Part shown: in pieces, positions 49,982 to 64,000 of the stretch
How the letters are laid out: the number at the start of each line of letters is the position of its first letter
Numbering within the stretch: position 1 is the first letter of the stretch
Source of the DNA: Octopus vulgaris
Taxonomy: Eukaryota
Reading direction: 5' to 3'
Assembly (NCBI GenBank): GCA_951406725.2
Contig: OX597828.1
Span: 5,642,001-5,706,000 of the forward strand
Length of the DNA: 64,000 bases
The notes under the pieces: generated by a model
What the model was told of the DNA's origin: nothing
Database searches by the model: none
Seen by the model: only the letters and a program-made list of their open reading frames with translations
Translations under genes and position numbers: made by a program

Positions 49982-51900
49982 AGAGTGATACCTCGCAGTA
50001 CGAGTTTAATTCGTTCCTTGACCGATTTAGTTTTAAGATTTACTCGTTTTACAATTCAATTTTTCCCATTGAAATTAACTAAAATATAATCAATCCGTTC
50101 CAGCCCCGCAAAAACCCCAAAAATAATCTTTTATGGGTTTTATAACGGAAAAGATTACAAGGAAAATGACAATTATAAAAACATAATAAAAGAGAATGCA
50201 ACAGAAATAAGTAAACCGGTTTTATTAATTGAATTATCTTAAAGATGGCACGATTTGTGCGCGAAGATGGTAGAACGTTGAGGAGGATGATTATTGTTTG
50301 GAAGGAGAATATCCTTTCATAAAGACTTCGGGAAGAACGATTCCTGGCGTTTTCTCCCTTACTTCGCTTAAGTTAGGGTTTTTGGATACTTTCTTCTCTT
50401 TTCACATTTGCAGGTTGTTTCATTCGAAACATCAAGAAAAGTCTGCTTTTTCCTGCCTTTCAAAAATGTAGTAAAATTGCGCCAGAGCAGAGTCATTGAA
50501 TAAAGCAGCAGCACGACATGTAGCTACTTTTCCAGAATGATTGTTTTCTTACCAATTCAGAAATAAATTGCCACGTTGCCAACACTGTTTCTATGTCACT
50601 AGTAGAGATAGCTTTCTCCCCTATCTGACATCCTCTGGGTAACCAATCTCTTCTCTCGCATCCGAATGCTGCTGAAGCTTCAGGAGTTTATCGGTCGTCA
50701 GCTCCCCTGAATGCTCCTCGACGAGATCGTTAATGGTCCCATCATCAACCTCGAGGTCCATGGACTTGCGAAGAGACATTATCTTCTCGAATACAGGTGT
50801 CTCAAAACCCTCGAAGTTTCTTTCGGATATGCATTCAGACCATAGTTTCTTCCATGCAGAATTCAGTGATCTTCTCTTTACACCCTGCCACCGAAAATAC
50901 AAAGCTAACTCTTCGTGAGTTTTGGAAGGAGCACTACAACATTGTTTACTACCTGTAAATCGTCGATATCGATGATTTACAGGTAGTCAATGTTGTAGAG
51001 CTCCTTCCAAAACTCATGAATTGTTAGCTTTGTATTTTCGGTGAATTCAAAGCACCGATGAAACAGGTGTTTGGTGTACAATTTCTTAAAATTTGAAATC
51101 ACCTGTTGGTACATGCGCTGCAAAATAGGGTGGTGTTGCATGAAAGGTACAGAGGTTTTATGAATTTACATTCGTCCAGGATATCATCTTCAAGTTTAGG
51201 AAGGTGAACAGGAGCATTTTTGAGGATGAGGAGGGCCTTGAGATACTTCTTAGATACATCTTAGAAGGTAGTTTTTTATTGCTGCTCCGATGACAAGTTC
51301 GACTCACTCGGCCAAGAATTGCCTGGTGAACCTCCACATGACCTGCAACTTCTTCAGGATTTTGTGCGAGTGGAAGACTTGTGGATTTTCGGAATGGTAC
51401 ACAAGGAGCGGCTTAATCTTCACGTCTTCACTCGCATTGGTACAAAGGGCGAGAATTAGCCTGTCTTTCGTAGGCTTGTGGCCTCGTATATTGTTTTCTT
51501 CTGCAGTTATGCAGGTTATTCAGGGCATTTTTTTCCAAAAAAGTCCAGCTTCGTCACATTTAGATACCTGGTGTACTGATGTGCGTTGCTCGGAGAACAT
51601 GGAGACAAGCTTTGGCTATTGTAACGGCTTTGATCCTCTCCTTTTTCTTCGGAGTGGTGCAAATCATCGATGCTTCAGTCGCATTGATGTGCTATGTCAA
51701 CTACACACACTCTTCTCTCGTACTTATGAATGATTTCCTTCTTCAATTCTATCGCAATCAGCTTTGTTTTCTCGCTACTGCCCTTTGCTGATCCATGGCT
51801 AACACAGCTAATTAATATAAAATAATAGCAAAAGCGCACAAAACTAAAATGAAAAAAAATGAACACAGGTAGGTAAGTATTTGGCAAGTACAGAGTTCGT
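49982..51900 (-). mobile_element. Tigger/pogo-family DNA transposon, decayed, one terminus visible
   Basis: HTH IELKKEIIHKYER..VVDIA; DEAGLFWKKMP; GHKPTKDRL..LCTNAS.D.KIKPLLVYHSENP; PILQRMYQQVISNFKKLYTKHLF; WQGV..SLNSAWKKLW. A TIR-like agtgatacctcg..acgagt lies at ~49984. Confidence 0.93.
50889..51043. repeat. 155-bp spacerless inverted repeat (fold-back) inside the Tigger transposase
   Basis: Arms 50889-50967 and 50968-51043 are centred on gat|atc; by manual alignment they differ by 5 mismatches plus a 3-nt indel. Confidence 0.95.
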
Positions 51901-54442
51901 GTTGAGTGAATCCTAAAACCACAATAGATATTGCATTCAGTTCTCTTTGATTTGCACATTGGTGTTAATCTTTCTTCATACAATAAAATAAACTGCTGTG
52001 ACATACTCCATTTACAGAATTTTGCTTTCTGGTTAATTAAAAAAATCGTTTTAACATGAGATCACACATTTTATAATTTTGCTTATAAGGTCTCAAAAAT
52101 AATCAATAAAAACAATAAAACCAACAGATATCTTTTAATGATACATTTTATAAAATGAGTTTGAGCCTTCTTTATCCGGACATGATCAATATTCTTACAG
52201 AGTAACACTATCTTATCCATCATATCGATTTCGAGTGTTTAAAAAGCGGTATACTGAACATATTAGATTGAGAATAGGTAACAGATAGGTATACACCACA
52301 CACGTCAGGGGAACAGAAGTGTAATCTACCAGATATGTATACTAGAACTGTCTATATCTGAATTATGATATAAGGTAACTCTCTTGTTAGGGGACGTGGA
52401 AGCGTTGCATTGAGCAAATTAAGAACAGATTCCATTCCCAGTAAATCAGTCTTGTTGATGTACACTGGCTGAGTCTAAGGGGAGACTGTGAGTGATGCTG
52501 CTAATACTACATACATCACTGATTGAGGAGTCGTAGATTAAACCTTATTTCAGTTGCAGGCAGGCGTATATCAGTTACACAATGAATGAATGCGTCCTAT
52601 CTTCCAAAACTTTATCATTATTATTCCTATCAGTTTTAGAGACAAAATTTTAGATCCCGCGTTCGTTGATAAATATCGAAGCTTTTAGCTAGAATGGTGT
52701 GGATCTTCTATTCATTTTGTACATATACATTAAAGTATTACACAATCACAACACTCACAAGTGATAAGAGTGATCGCATAATTATGAATAAATACATACC
52801 TACATACATACATGCACACATACACACGCCCACTAGCAGACATTAATACACAGACGCGCGCCGCGCACACACACAGACACATATGTATGTTATGAACGAT
52901 TCTCATAGAGATCTTCAAAGAATTCGGCCTATCTGAAACAGTTACAAACCACATCCCAAAGATTGACTTCCTGGGGTATAATGAAATATGACAACGAGTA
53001 CATACTACACCCAGAGAGATTCCAACGAAGAAAATGTGTTTAAGCACAGAAACTTTAACGACCTCCCGCTACAATTAGAAATATAGCCCCAGTCATCAGT
53101 AAAACAATCTCTGAACATTCAGTACCGAGACAGTTCTTCAACTGGAGTATCACTCATTACAAGACATTACCAAAACGTAGATTCTCTGAGAAGTTAACAT
53201 AGTCACCCCATTCCCATCGCAAGAGAACTAGAAAGATAATCTGCTTCAATCCATCATGTAACCAATAAGCTTCTATCACCAACCCAGGAAGTTTTCTGTC
53301 AAGAACCATTTGCATAGAAGTCATAAGTACTATAAGTTATTCGAGCCGTACAACGTTATGCTTTGTAATTCCTTTTACGAAATATTGCTTTTAACATCCC
53401 ACGCATATGTCTACACTTTCCCCAACTTATATCTGAATCTGTAACAGTCAATCCTACAAGCTGATTTCTGGATGGATCCAACTTCTCAAGCGCTATGGTC
53501 TATAGAAAGCCACCCCAACACTATCAAAACAATCTACACGGCATTCAGGGATGGAGAAAAACTTATCCAGCCTGGACTGAGTTCTCTAGAGACTGTCCCT
53601 CACTCTGTAAAACAGTAACAGATTTAATGGAAGTAGTTTCATATTCATATGATACTCGCTCTTTCAATATTATTTCCTCTCGCTCTCATCAAACTCACTC
53701 ATCTACACGCATACATATAGATTCAGAAAACAGGTGATCAAATCTATTAACGCCTCACCCCCAACGCTTCCCTATTTTTTCCATCCACCATATTCAAACA
53801 AACAATTGTCAGCTGCTGAACATGACGGATATACAAATATTTCTAATAATTTTCTTTTCTCTAACTATGGTGTTGAATAATGTGCAGGGGCGGTTTGGAG
53901 TGGAAGCTTAGAGGTCGTTCCACTTTCTTGTTTTTGAGTATATGTGTATATGTCTATGTGTGTCCGATGAGAGGGAGAAGAAGCTAAATAATAATGGCGT
54001 GTATTATATAAATCTTAAACATCCTCCTCTAAATGGACTACAGTTTGGTACATGGAGCTTTAAGGAAGCTAATAGATGCTTATATTAACTAAACAATAAT
54101 AGTAATCACGATAATATTAAAAATTAACTTCATTACAAAATATCATTTGATTAGCAATTCGACGAAGGATTTCCATTACTATTGGATTTCCATATATAAA
54201 TAAGTATTCATTAAGTCCAGCAAAATATCCGAGAGACCAGAAACCAAAACAATGTCATCGAATTAAGTACATGCCTTTCCGTTAATGTGGTTGCTAACGC
54301 TTATTCATGACATATTTAGACACATGAGAGTCTAGAGGAAAATGTCGAAACACAACTTTTGTTTAACTATCTATCTATTTATAATTTTGTAAATTCCATT
54401 GAATTATCTAGCTGCTTTAAAGCAGGTCTTTGTGTCTCATTT

Positions 54443-54480
<38 letters not shown>

Positions 54481-55752
54481 GTGTGTGTGTGATTGGTTAA
54501 AAGATAACACTGGTCAAAAATTTATTCTGTTTCATTGTTATCAGTACTTGGTAACACTTAATTTGAGTGCATAGGTTTCACATCTGAAGTTGGTTATATC
54601 CTGAATGCTCTAAATTGTTTGCAGTCAAGGTATTTCAAAATCTCGAAGTTTCGTCTTCATCACACTAATGCCATAGTCTATCTGAAGAACTGTGCTGAAA
54701 CTCTCTTTAAATTAGCTGGGTTATAAAAAACATGCAAGATGCTATTAATTTATTTAAGAACACAATTTGAAACTATTAATTTGCCTAATAAGCAAATGTT
54801 TATATAAACCTGATTGATAAATAAGACATTAGTTACTATGAGGAGACAAAGCTCGTTTCCAGTCTATTCACGCAAGAATTTGCGCTTGAAGCTCTTGCGT
54901 TTGTAGACTGTCTCAATCTAACTTAATGCTCTAGCAGCTGTCTGCCTTCATATATTTGTCTGATCTTCCTTGGTAACGCTTTTCTTTGGTCTTGAGGTCT
55001 TGATGGAAACGCTCGACTTGTTCGTCACTCCTAGGTTCTCAGTAAATCTATAAAGATGACTATACGAGAAATGGAGCTTGACTCTCATGTTACATGCATG
55101 ATTACCAAAAACTGACAACATATTGGCTACAACAGTTTCATAGATCTTTCTATTTCCACCTCGAAATAAAGCCATACAGTCCTTTCCTTGACATTCATCT
55201 TTCTGCCAAAACCTTGATCACGTACAAGTGTACTAATCTGTGGTCCTAAAACGCACCTGCTTTGATCATCACGGAGGACAAAGCAAGGAGAGCAGAGACT
55301 ATGTGTTTGAAGCATTCACCATCAGTATTTAATGCATTGACAAACTGTTTCATCATGCCTAGATTGATGTGGAGTGGAGGTAATTAATTAATTTGACCGC
55401 AGGCGACTAGATTGCAAAACTTAAACTTAAATACAAACTAGAGCATGTAGAACATAAATGTTTTCAGATTTGAATTTCGCAAGTTGATAACAGTAAGAAT
55501 AAGTAAAGAAAAATTTTCTACAACTGAGATATTGAAAAAAAATGTTCCCCTGTCCTCTACGTGGTAAGAATAAGAGGCATCAAAGTTCATATCAAGCCAA
55601 CCTTGATAATTATAAATTCCATAGTTTTAGATGTCTCACCTATTTTAATTTCACTAGCGTTAGTTCGAGTCTGCGGCCCAGCTCGGGTATTGATTTAAAT
55701 TTGATCCTTAAATGTTCATGAACTGTGCAATTGATTTAATTGTTAGAGTTTC

Positions 55753-55791
<39 letters not shown>

Positions 55792-56004
55792 TATAGCTGA
55801 AGGTTTAAAATTAGCCAAAGGACATACTAAGTATGTCTGTCTTTTCATTGATTTCAACCCTTCAACTACTTAACATTTTTGTGGGGCTATAATATTGATT
55901 CTGTTGTTATCATTTAAAAATTATTTCACTACATAATAATAGAGTCAATGACATCTACGCAAATATTTCCTCCTGAATTATTTGCACCGTATTGAAATTA
56001 TATA

Positions 56005-56600
<596 letters not shown>

Positions 56601-57382
56601 GTTTGCAATTAGATAGATAGTTCTGATATATCTTCCTTGTTTTGCTTTAACCTGATTCATTTCGATAAATAGAGAATGTATATCTGCACACAAACACTCA
56701 CACACACACACACATATTGACTGATTCCCGCATACATAAAGCGTTCGACTGCGTGCATGAATGTACATTTTGTATTTGATTGCCTCTACTCTTACGCATA
56801 TGATTGCACGACCGTGTGTATGTGAACGTATTTATCACCTTGTTATATTTGGATATAGCGTTAGTCATACAATATTGCCTCTAGGTATTCTATGGCCTTG
56901 GCATGTCATTTTCAACGAACATGCAATGATAATTCTTGTTAGAAATGGCAATATTTCGCTAATGTATTCTATACTTCAGAGCTGCAAGAGACTTGATGAT
57001 CTTCTTCCGTGACAGCATTAAGCGTCATAAACAAAAAGTAAGACCTTACAAATTTTTAGATTATATAGTATAGCTTTCTAACATAGTAAACCTGTACAAA
57101 AATCTGTTGCGAAATAACCCACCAAACATAACCGTCAATAGCACATAGCTGTTCATTTCCAAATATCCGAATTGAAACAGGTGTATGTCATACATGACAA
57201 CAATTACTTATCGAAGCTAGCACGAAACACGAAAAGGTTTCTTCACGAATCCTATATCAATTCCCATATAATTGCATATAATAGAAAATTATAAATATTC
57301 CAATATAGGTCATCGTATACATATATGTGTGCGGTGCAGGTGCATGTGTACAGGTGAGTGCGTGTTTATGAGTTTGCCTAAG

Positions 57383-57383
<1 letters not shown>

Positions 57384-57469
<86 letters not shown>

Positions 57470-57670
57470 CATGTATGTATCCATTGGTATGGCTGTTATT
57501 GTATGTGCGGAATAGTTTTATAAGACATCTATTTGATATATATATACATATATATATGTATCTGTGTGTGTGTGTGAGTGTGTTAGGATATATGTGCGCG
57601 TGTGAGCGTGTATGTGTGTGTATGTGTGTGTGTCTCCATAAACACACGTACACATATACATGCGTATATG
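57384..57670. repeat. (TA)n and (TG)n tracts
   Basis: Read directly. Confidence 0.92.
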
Positions 57671-58541
57671 AAAAATATGACTAACAATACCAAATACAAA
57701 ACATCGAAAGATAAACCTTATACGCATTACCATAGAAAAATGCAATTATTTTATGTCTTCAGGATTTAGTCCTGTCAATCAAAGTAGCTGGTTCCGTTTA
57801 GGATTATCAAGGTTTCAGATGCGTGTCATTTACAATTAAGTAACTTTTATGTCATAGCTAATGGCATTCCAAATTGAATTACTGGGGTAATTTTAGCCTT
57901 CTGCATTAATTTATTTGGATCTCAATGCGGTATATGTCTAGCTCACAGCACGGATTTTTACACAGATTTGCATATCCTAATGTAACCCTAGCAATTGTAG
58001 TTTCATATTTTCCCTTTATTTTAGTGGAATTACTAACTGTTTATCTGCCATACCAACACGCAATACTTAGGCCTTTTTGATTTCAAAGACCATACGCTAA
58101 GGATATGTTAATTTATTGAAATTGTCTCATGGGTAAGTTAAGCTGTCAAATGGTTATGCTCAGACAAAGAGATCGGTGTTATTGAAATTAGTGTGAGCTG
58201 AAGATTTCACAGCGCACTTTCGTACATGTTTATGCATATTTACCATGTTACATAGCCTTAGTGGAAATTCCGAGGGTTATGCGATCTTACCCTAATCTGT
58301 ATATTGCAGTTAAGAATGAATCTTATGATTTCTTTTGGAGTTCTTAGAGAAAACTTTACAGAAATATTGACATTTCTAACAATATAATTTGTTATTAGGC
58401 AGTTGGACATAATATGGTAGAACACAGCTTTATTTTTCTTCTACAAGAATGTACGAATCATCGTCCGTCGATGGCTTAGCCGTCCGAAACTTCGAAATCA
58501 CAATCGAGAACATTCATATATAGGAAAAAGGAAGATATATG

Positions 58542-58579
<38 letters not shown>

Positions 58580-58654
58580 GCGTGTGTGTGTGTACACGCG
58601 TGCGTAAGTACGTATATTTACACGTAAATATACAGTTGTTTATACATACGGAAT

Positions 58655-58867
58655 ATTTTCTTTTACTTGTATCAGTCATTTGACTGCAGCCATGCTGGAG
58701 CACCGTCTTTACTCGAATAAATGACCCCCAAGGACTTATTCTTTGTAAGCCTAGTACTTGTTATATCGGTCAGTTTTACCGAACCGCTAAGTTACGGGGC
58801 CGTAAGCTCACTAACATCAGTTGTCAAGCGATGTTGGGAGGACAAATACAGACACAGAAATACATAC

Positions 58868-58930
<63 letters not shown>
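58655..58930 (-). mobile_element. CORE-type SINE (family A) 3' half, well preserved, head missing
   Basis: cagtcatttgactgcagccatgctggagcaccg..aggacttattctttgtaagcctagtactt..gaaccgctaagttacgggg..gttgtcaagcgatg; closely matches 20150-20340. Confidence 0.92.
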
Positions 58931-58962
<32 letters not shown>

Positions 58963-58964
<2 letters not shown>

Positions 58965-59190
58965 GAGACGCAATGGCCCAGTGGTTAGGGCAGCGGACTC
59001 GCGGTTGTAGGATCGCGGTTTCGATTCCCAGATCGGGCGTTGTGAGTGTTTATTGAGCGAAAACACCTAAAATCTCCACGATGCTCCGGCAGGGGTGGTG
59101 ATCTCTGCTGTACTCTTTCACCACTCTTTCTCCCACTCTTTCTTCTGTTGGCGTGCCCGCTTAACCATCGGGGTGGCGTCATACGAAGGC
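58963..59190 (+). mobile_element. tRNA-derived SINE (family D)
   Basis: A box tggcccagtgg, B box ggtttcgattccc, then gcgttgtgagtgtttattgagcgaaaacac (core-like) and a non-tRNA 3' body. Confidence 0.75.
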
Positions 59191-59204
59191 GTGATCACGT
59201 GATA

Positions 59205-59235
<31 letters not shown>

Positions 59236-59904
59236 CGGTAAAGCAAAAAAAGTGAGAAGTAATATTTAGGGATAATCCAGAAAATCAGAAATATAAAAGC
59301 AAGAAGCTAAAAGAACTTACAAAAATAAGTTAAAATTTAAAAAGTTTTTTTTTTTTTATATTAGAATTAGCTGCAAGTACATCAAATTATAAAAATCAAT
59401 GCGGTAATCGATATATAAATAGGGAGGTGAAAAGTCGAGTTGACATGGGGACATAATACGATGAATTGAAATAATGCCGAAGAAGGAAAGTATTTGCTGA
59501 TGGATACGTTTTTCGTTATTTTTATTTAATGAGGTTTACACTTGGTCTCTAAATTGTAATATATCAATTTCGCATTTAATGTCAAATGTGTTTCGATATT
59601 TTTTTATGAGATGGGACTAAACATATAGTATTGCACTGGGGAAAAGTGTACCGTGTTGATTAAAATAACTGAATAGGGGAAGATATTTATATAGTTAATC
59701 AACATTATAGTATATTTTGGTTTGCTATAAACTAAACGTAAAAAGCTATCAATCGATTAATATTTTAAATCGTGAATTGCACATAAATGATAGTTCTTGC
59801 GTGTCCGTATATTTTAGAACCATTTCTCGAATAACCCATCTATATATCCGAGATGCTTATTTATATGATAGCCTGATGTACTAAAAAGATGTTCTTTTCT
59901 ACTC

Positions 59905-60088
59905 TAACAAGAAGGCCCGAAATTTTTGTGGAGGGGATGGGGGGTTAGTCGATTTGATCACCCCACCCCCCAGTACGAAAAAGCCAAAGTCGAACCCAGC
60001 GGAATTCGAACTCAGAGCGTAAAGTCAGACGAAATACTGCCGAGCATTTTGACCGGCGTGGTAACGTTTCGGCCAGCTTGCCGGCTTA
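59905..60088 (-). mobile_element. Nin-domain-type SINE (family B), internally deleted
   Basis: caagaaggcccgaaattt..agtcgat..aaagtcga..gcggaattcgaactcagagcgtaaag..gagcattttg..ccagcttgccggctt. Confidence 0.8.
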
Positions 60089-60177
60089 CTAAAAAGATAT
60101 TACTTAGAAACTGGTGACAGTTTCAGCAAAAAGAACTCACAGCATATTTTTTTGAATTTAGCCCTCTTACGCCAAAG

Positions 60178-60184
60178 ATGTGTG

Positions 60185-60230
<46 letters not shown>

Positions 60231-60243
60231 TGTGTATCTGTGT
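60178..60243. repeat. (TG)n microsatellite
   Basis: Read directly. Confidence 0.95.
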
Positions 60244-60883
60244 ATAATATGTGGAAAAGAAAACGGAAAGCTACCAAATTGTTCCAAAACTTGAAACAGC
60301 TTCAAGCGAATCTTCAATTACATGGCATGGGAGGTTTTAATGAGCATCATATGACTTGCCTTCTAATAAAGACGTATAGAAGAAAATTTGCATGCCCCAT
60401 ATAATGATACAATATACGTGTGTTCATGGATAAAATCAGACATACAAACAGCACACATGTTCGTTCATCGGAGCGACGAGGACGATCCTTTTAAAGTTTG
60501 AGCAGCATCAACATCATTCTTTCGATCGTGACCATCTTCGGTCCATTGGCAGAACCAAGTGAAGAGGACTGAGAAAGGAAACGTATGCAGCGAATCGCTA
60601 AGTTGTTTTACTTAGCTTGTCTCTCTTTTTGCCTTCTACAAAGCGTTGTTGTAACCGCCTTCCTCACAGCTAAAGTAGGACTTTTTAAAATTCTTTAGAA
60701 TCTGCGGGATCCATTCTGCGCATGTACTGCTGGGAAAGACATAGTACGTTAATTAACCTGTACTTGGGGATCTGACAAGTTTTTCTACACTTGATCATAG
60801 AAAGCCTGGTATCAATAGTGGCTAAGATTTCGTCCCACACCCCTCAAAATCCTGAGACCCCCAGGCCAGAGTCTGACTACCAG

Positions 60884-61008
60884 CATACATACACACACAT
60901 AATACATACATTCATACATGCATGCATACATACATACATACATACATACATACACACATACATACATACATACATACATACATACGGAAATACATACATA
61001 CATACATA
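60884..61008. repeat. (CATA)n tetranucleotide tract
   Basis: Read directly. Confidence 0.92.
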
Positions 61009-62566
61009 ATGGGTAACAAAACATAAAAAAACACGTATAACAAAACAGATTAGTGCTCAGATCAGATCACAGATCACGCACCTAAAGCCAACATCGAACT
61101 AAAGGAGGCAGAATTCAAACATCATTCGGTTGTACGTCATTTACTTGTCGAGTACCGAAAGTACAATAAAATGAATGATAGCTAAGATAAAATATTGTCT
61201 GATAATATCAGATAGTCTCGAAATCAATTATATATAACTGTGTCCATCAATAAACCGAAAAGGCCTCCTCAAGCTGACCGGTCAACTGCAGGAAAGAGTC
61301 CATCGAGAAATGAAGAGAAAATCCCGGTTTTCTGAACTACAACAAGGAGCCTGTAGTTTTGCTAGCATAGCTTGATGTATCTTTATTTTTGCACCATAGA
61401 TTGATTTGTTATAGCTGAATTAGATGTTTAGGAGCTTCTACTTTCCCTCGGCTGCGTAAGTGATGTCTTTTAATTCTTATTTACTTTAAAACCTTATAAC
61501 TATACGTGTGTATAACATTTGCATCTTACTTCATACTTGTATACGTGAATCTAAATGTGTATATTAGTTATATAATTACATCTCCTGTCAATTATTAATT
61601 CCACTCGTAACTAGCCTTCGGCTATCATCTGTATTTGCAACTGTTTCTTAATATTATCCGGATACCATCATACCTTTGTACACGTAGATGATTTCCACCA
61701 TTTTAGCAGCTAGACACACAGGCAGTTTTATACCAAGATGGAGACTGGGCAGTTTTACCTATTATTTCCTATCTTTCTCTGTAATGCTTTTTTTATGCCT
61801 CTTTGAAATTCTTTGAAATTAGTTAACTCTTCCGCATATTCCCCTAGCTTCATTCACACATAGAAGTCAAGCCATTGTCTTTTGAGCGACTGACCATTAT
61901 CTTGCCATTATAGCCATGTTCCAATGTCACTTGTCTTTGCACCTTCCATCCTACCTCCTTACTCCGTTTAGTTTTCTAGTTCTCCTGTACACCCCCTCCA
62001 CCTACTCGCTTTCTTACTATTAACGCTATTTCAGTTTTACAATTTTCTCTAAGGCCTTTATTGGTTTCTGTTATTTCTTTTAAACCCATCTATTCTCTCA
62101 TTTTTATATCTTACTAATTTTCAGACATTTGTTTATAATCCCATTTATTTATTTTTTGCGACACATATGCGTACACATACGGTCACACATACTAGTACAC
62201 CTTCAGTGAAAGCGAATATAAGCCAAATGTCTTCAATAGAAGAATCTATTCTGTCTATATCATAATTAAACGCATTGTGATCTATACACGCATACACCAA
62301 AATGGCATTTGCGCGCACGCATACACATAACATTCACAAACTAAATCTACCTCTGAAATATTCAACTTTTCATTATGAATTTAAAACTGCTGATATGCAA
62401 ACACAATAACCGCTGAAGATACGAATCCAGCCACTATTATCACTATACCTGTCAAACGAGCGAGTTCACTAAACTTACCCACTTTACCGTACAGGTTATC
62501 TGAATCGCCATTTGAAATACAGATTTACCAGCAACACACTGGGCATAATCAAAACACACGTACACA

Positions 62567-63721
62567 CAGTGTGAGACGGATACATTGTCTCCTTTATATA
62601 TTTTTACTTTCGCGCATGCGGGTTCCTTGTCTTTGATTTTGTCGACTATAGAGTATAGTAGATCAGTTGGGCACCATGTAGGAGAAAAATAGTACCATGA
62701 CGCAATTCATTCTGCCAGAAATTTGGAACCGATGTGCTGTACTTCTTGGTATTCGCACCGGAAATTCCAATACGAATATTTCAGAGTGTTTGGGTGTCAA
62801 TCAGAGGATAGTGCATAGGATTCGGAAATAGTTGAATGAGTCTAATGGAGATTACGAAGTTACGGTGGCGCGGAAAACTCACGCTGATCGTTCTGATAAG
62901 AAAAGAACTGCTGAATTTGTTGGTGAGTTCCAGACCATGATTGACAACGATCCCTCTAAGTCAATCAGATGCATCTCAAGGGACATGGGAGATTCTGGCT
63001 TTCTGTTCAGGCTGGCAGTGCACGAAGACATTCGGTATTCTTCATATAAGATAAGAAAGGGCCAATTTTTATATCCACTGCCATTAAAGAGAAAAGGAAA
63101 GACTGTGCTATGAAGCTTTTGAACAAACTCAAGCATCCCATACAACCAAACATGCTTTGATTTTTCCCAGATGAGAAAAATTCCTGCCAGGATCAGACGG
63201 TGAACACGCACAACAAACATAGGCTTTCCGTGTCTCCCAAGCATGTAGCGAGAATGATAGAAATCGAACATCAAGTGTCTGGAGGAGGTAGTGCTGCTCT
63301 GGGTCGAGAGGGTGGCTGCTGGAAAACCCTATGGATGGCAACAGGACTCTGCATCCACCAATTCACACAGGCAGGAAACCCAGTCTTGGCTGTCAAGCAA
63401 TTTCTGAGACAAGATCACCCCTAACGTCTGTTCACCTAACGCCGCAGACAGCAGCCTCCTTGATTACTATGTATGGGGCTCATGAGATCAGGAGAAAACC
63501 AAAACTCTTTGTAATACCAAAGATGAACTGAAGGCAACGATCATGGCAGTATTCACCAACTTAAACAAGGAAACCGTCCAGAAGAGTTGCAGGATATTCC
63601 GAAGTGGTTTAGAGGCTGTGGCTGAAGCCAATGGCAATTTTATTGAATAAGTTTACTAAGAGTATTTCAAGGTATTTTAATGTAATGTTGGTAAATACAT
63701 GTTAAAACGAGTTGCACACTG
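62567..63721 (+). mobile_element. Tc1/mariner DNA transposon (maT/DD37D-like), internally deleted and inactive
   Basis: ATG at ~62697 opens MTQFILPEIWNRCAVLLGIRTGNSNTNISECLGVN (HTH); DPSKSIR..RDMG; FFPDEKN..QDQ..N; WQQDSA...LLDYYVWG (38 residues between the last two Asp by my count); FRSGLEAVAEANGNFIE*. Ends are cagtgtg ... cacactg-ta. Confidence 0.92.
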
Positions 63722-63777
63722 TACACAAATTCAGACACAGCCATTTGCTTGCTCACACACAGGGAAATACATTATTG

Positions 63778-63988
63778 GTCTCAAATTTCGGTACAAGTCC
63801 AGCAATTGCAGGGGCGGTCTAATTCAGTTACATCAACCCTAGTGTTCAACTGGTACATCTTTTATCGACCATGAAATAATAATGGGCAAATCGACTTCGG
63901 TGGAATTGAAATTCTAAACGTAAACATGGCCGAAGCGCCGCTAAGTATTTTGTCAGTGATGCTAGCGATTCTGCTAGCTCGCCGCCTA
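63778..63988 (-). mobile_element. Nin-domain-type SINE (family B), full length, diverged
   Basis: tcaaatttcggtacaag..caactggtac..tttatcgacc..ggcaaatcgacttcggtggaattgaa..gccgctaag..gattctgctagctcgccgcc. Confidence 0.85.
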
Positions 63989-64000
63989 AGTATATGTATA

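Noticed and set aside
52880-55330. Decayed L1- or RTE-like ORF2 scraps (IDFLG, PFYEI; DQGFGRK on the minus strand)
   Set aside because: Isolated motifs only; extent and family cannot be supported.
58963-59040. tRNA gene
   Set aside because: It has A and B boxes but no convincing acceptor stem or terminator, and runs on into a SINE body; the same applies to the other SINE heads.
61020-61400. Another decayed REL-LINE fragment (HAPK..E, CLII)
   Set aside because: Too degraded to distinguish from chance.

Overview
This is AT-rich, microsatellite-dense eukaryotic DNA, not prokaryotic. The SINE families, (TAA)n-associated Dong/R4 LINEs and TA/CA/GATA tracts look like an octopus (coleoid cephalopod) genome; that assignment is an inference from repeat content. 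I found no convincing host protein-coding exon, RNA gene, CRISPR array or operon-like system. Most listed ORFs are translations of simple repeats or pieces of dead transposons. The window contains about 8 fragments of REL-endonuclease LINEs (R4/Dong-like), one nearly full-length decayed APE-RT LINE (CR1/Jockey group, with a CCCH finger in ORF1), and a Tx1/L1-like 3' fragment inside a (GATA)n tract. It also holds several RTE-like scraps, a Tigger/pogo transposon with a 155-bp fold-back palindrome, two Tc1/mariner (maT-like) copies, a probable piggyBac fossil, and about 16 tRNA-derived SINE copies of 4 families. The most notable observations are an intronless, decayed RecQ-like helicase fossil, two apparently microsatellite-targeted retrotransposon lineages (TAA and GATA), and a LINE whose 3' end matches the tail of the commonest SINE. 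All calls come from manual reading and translation, boundaries are approximate, and no database search was run.
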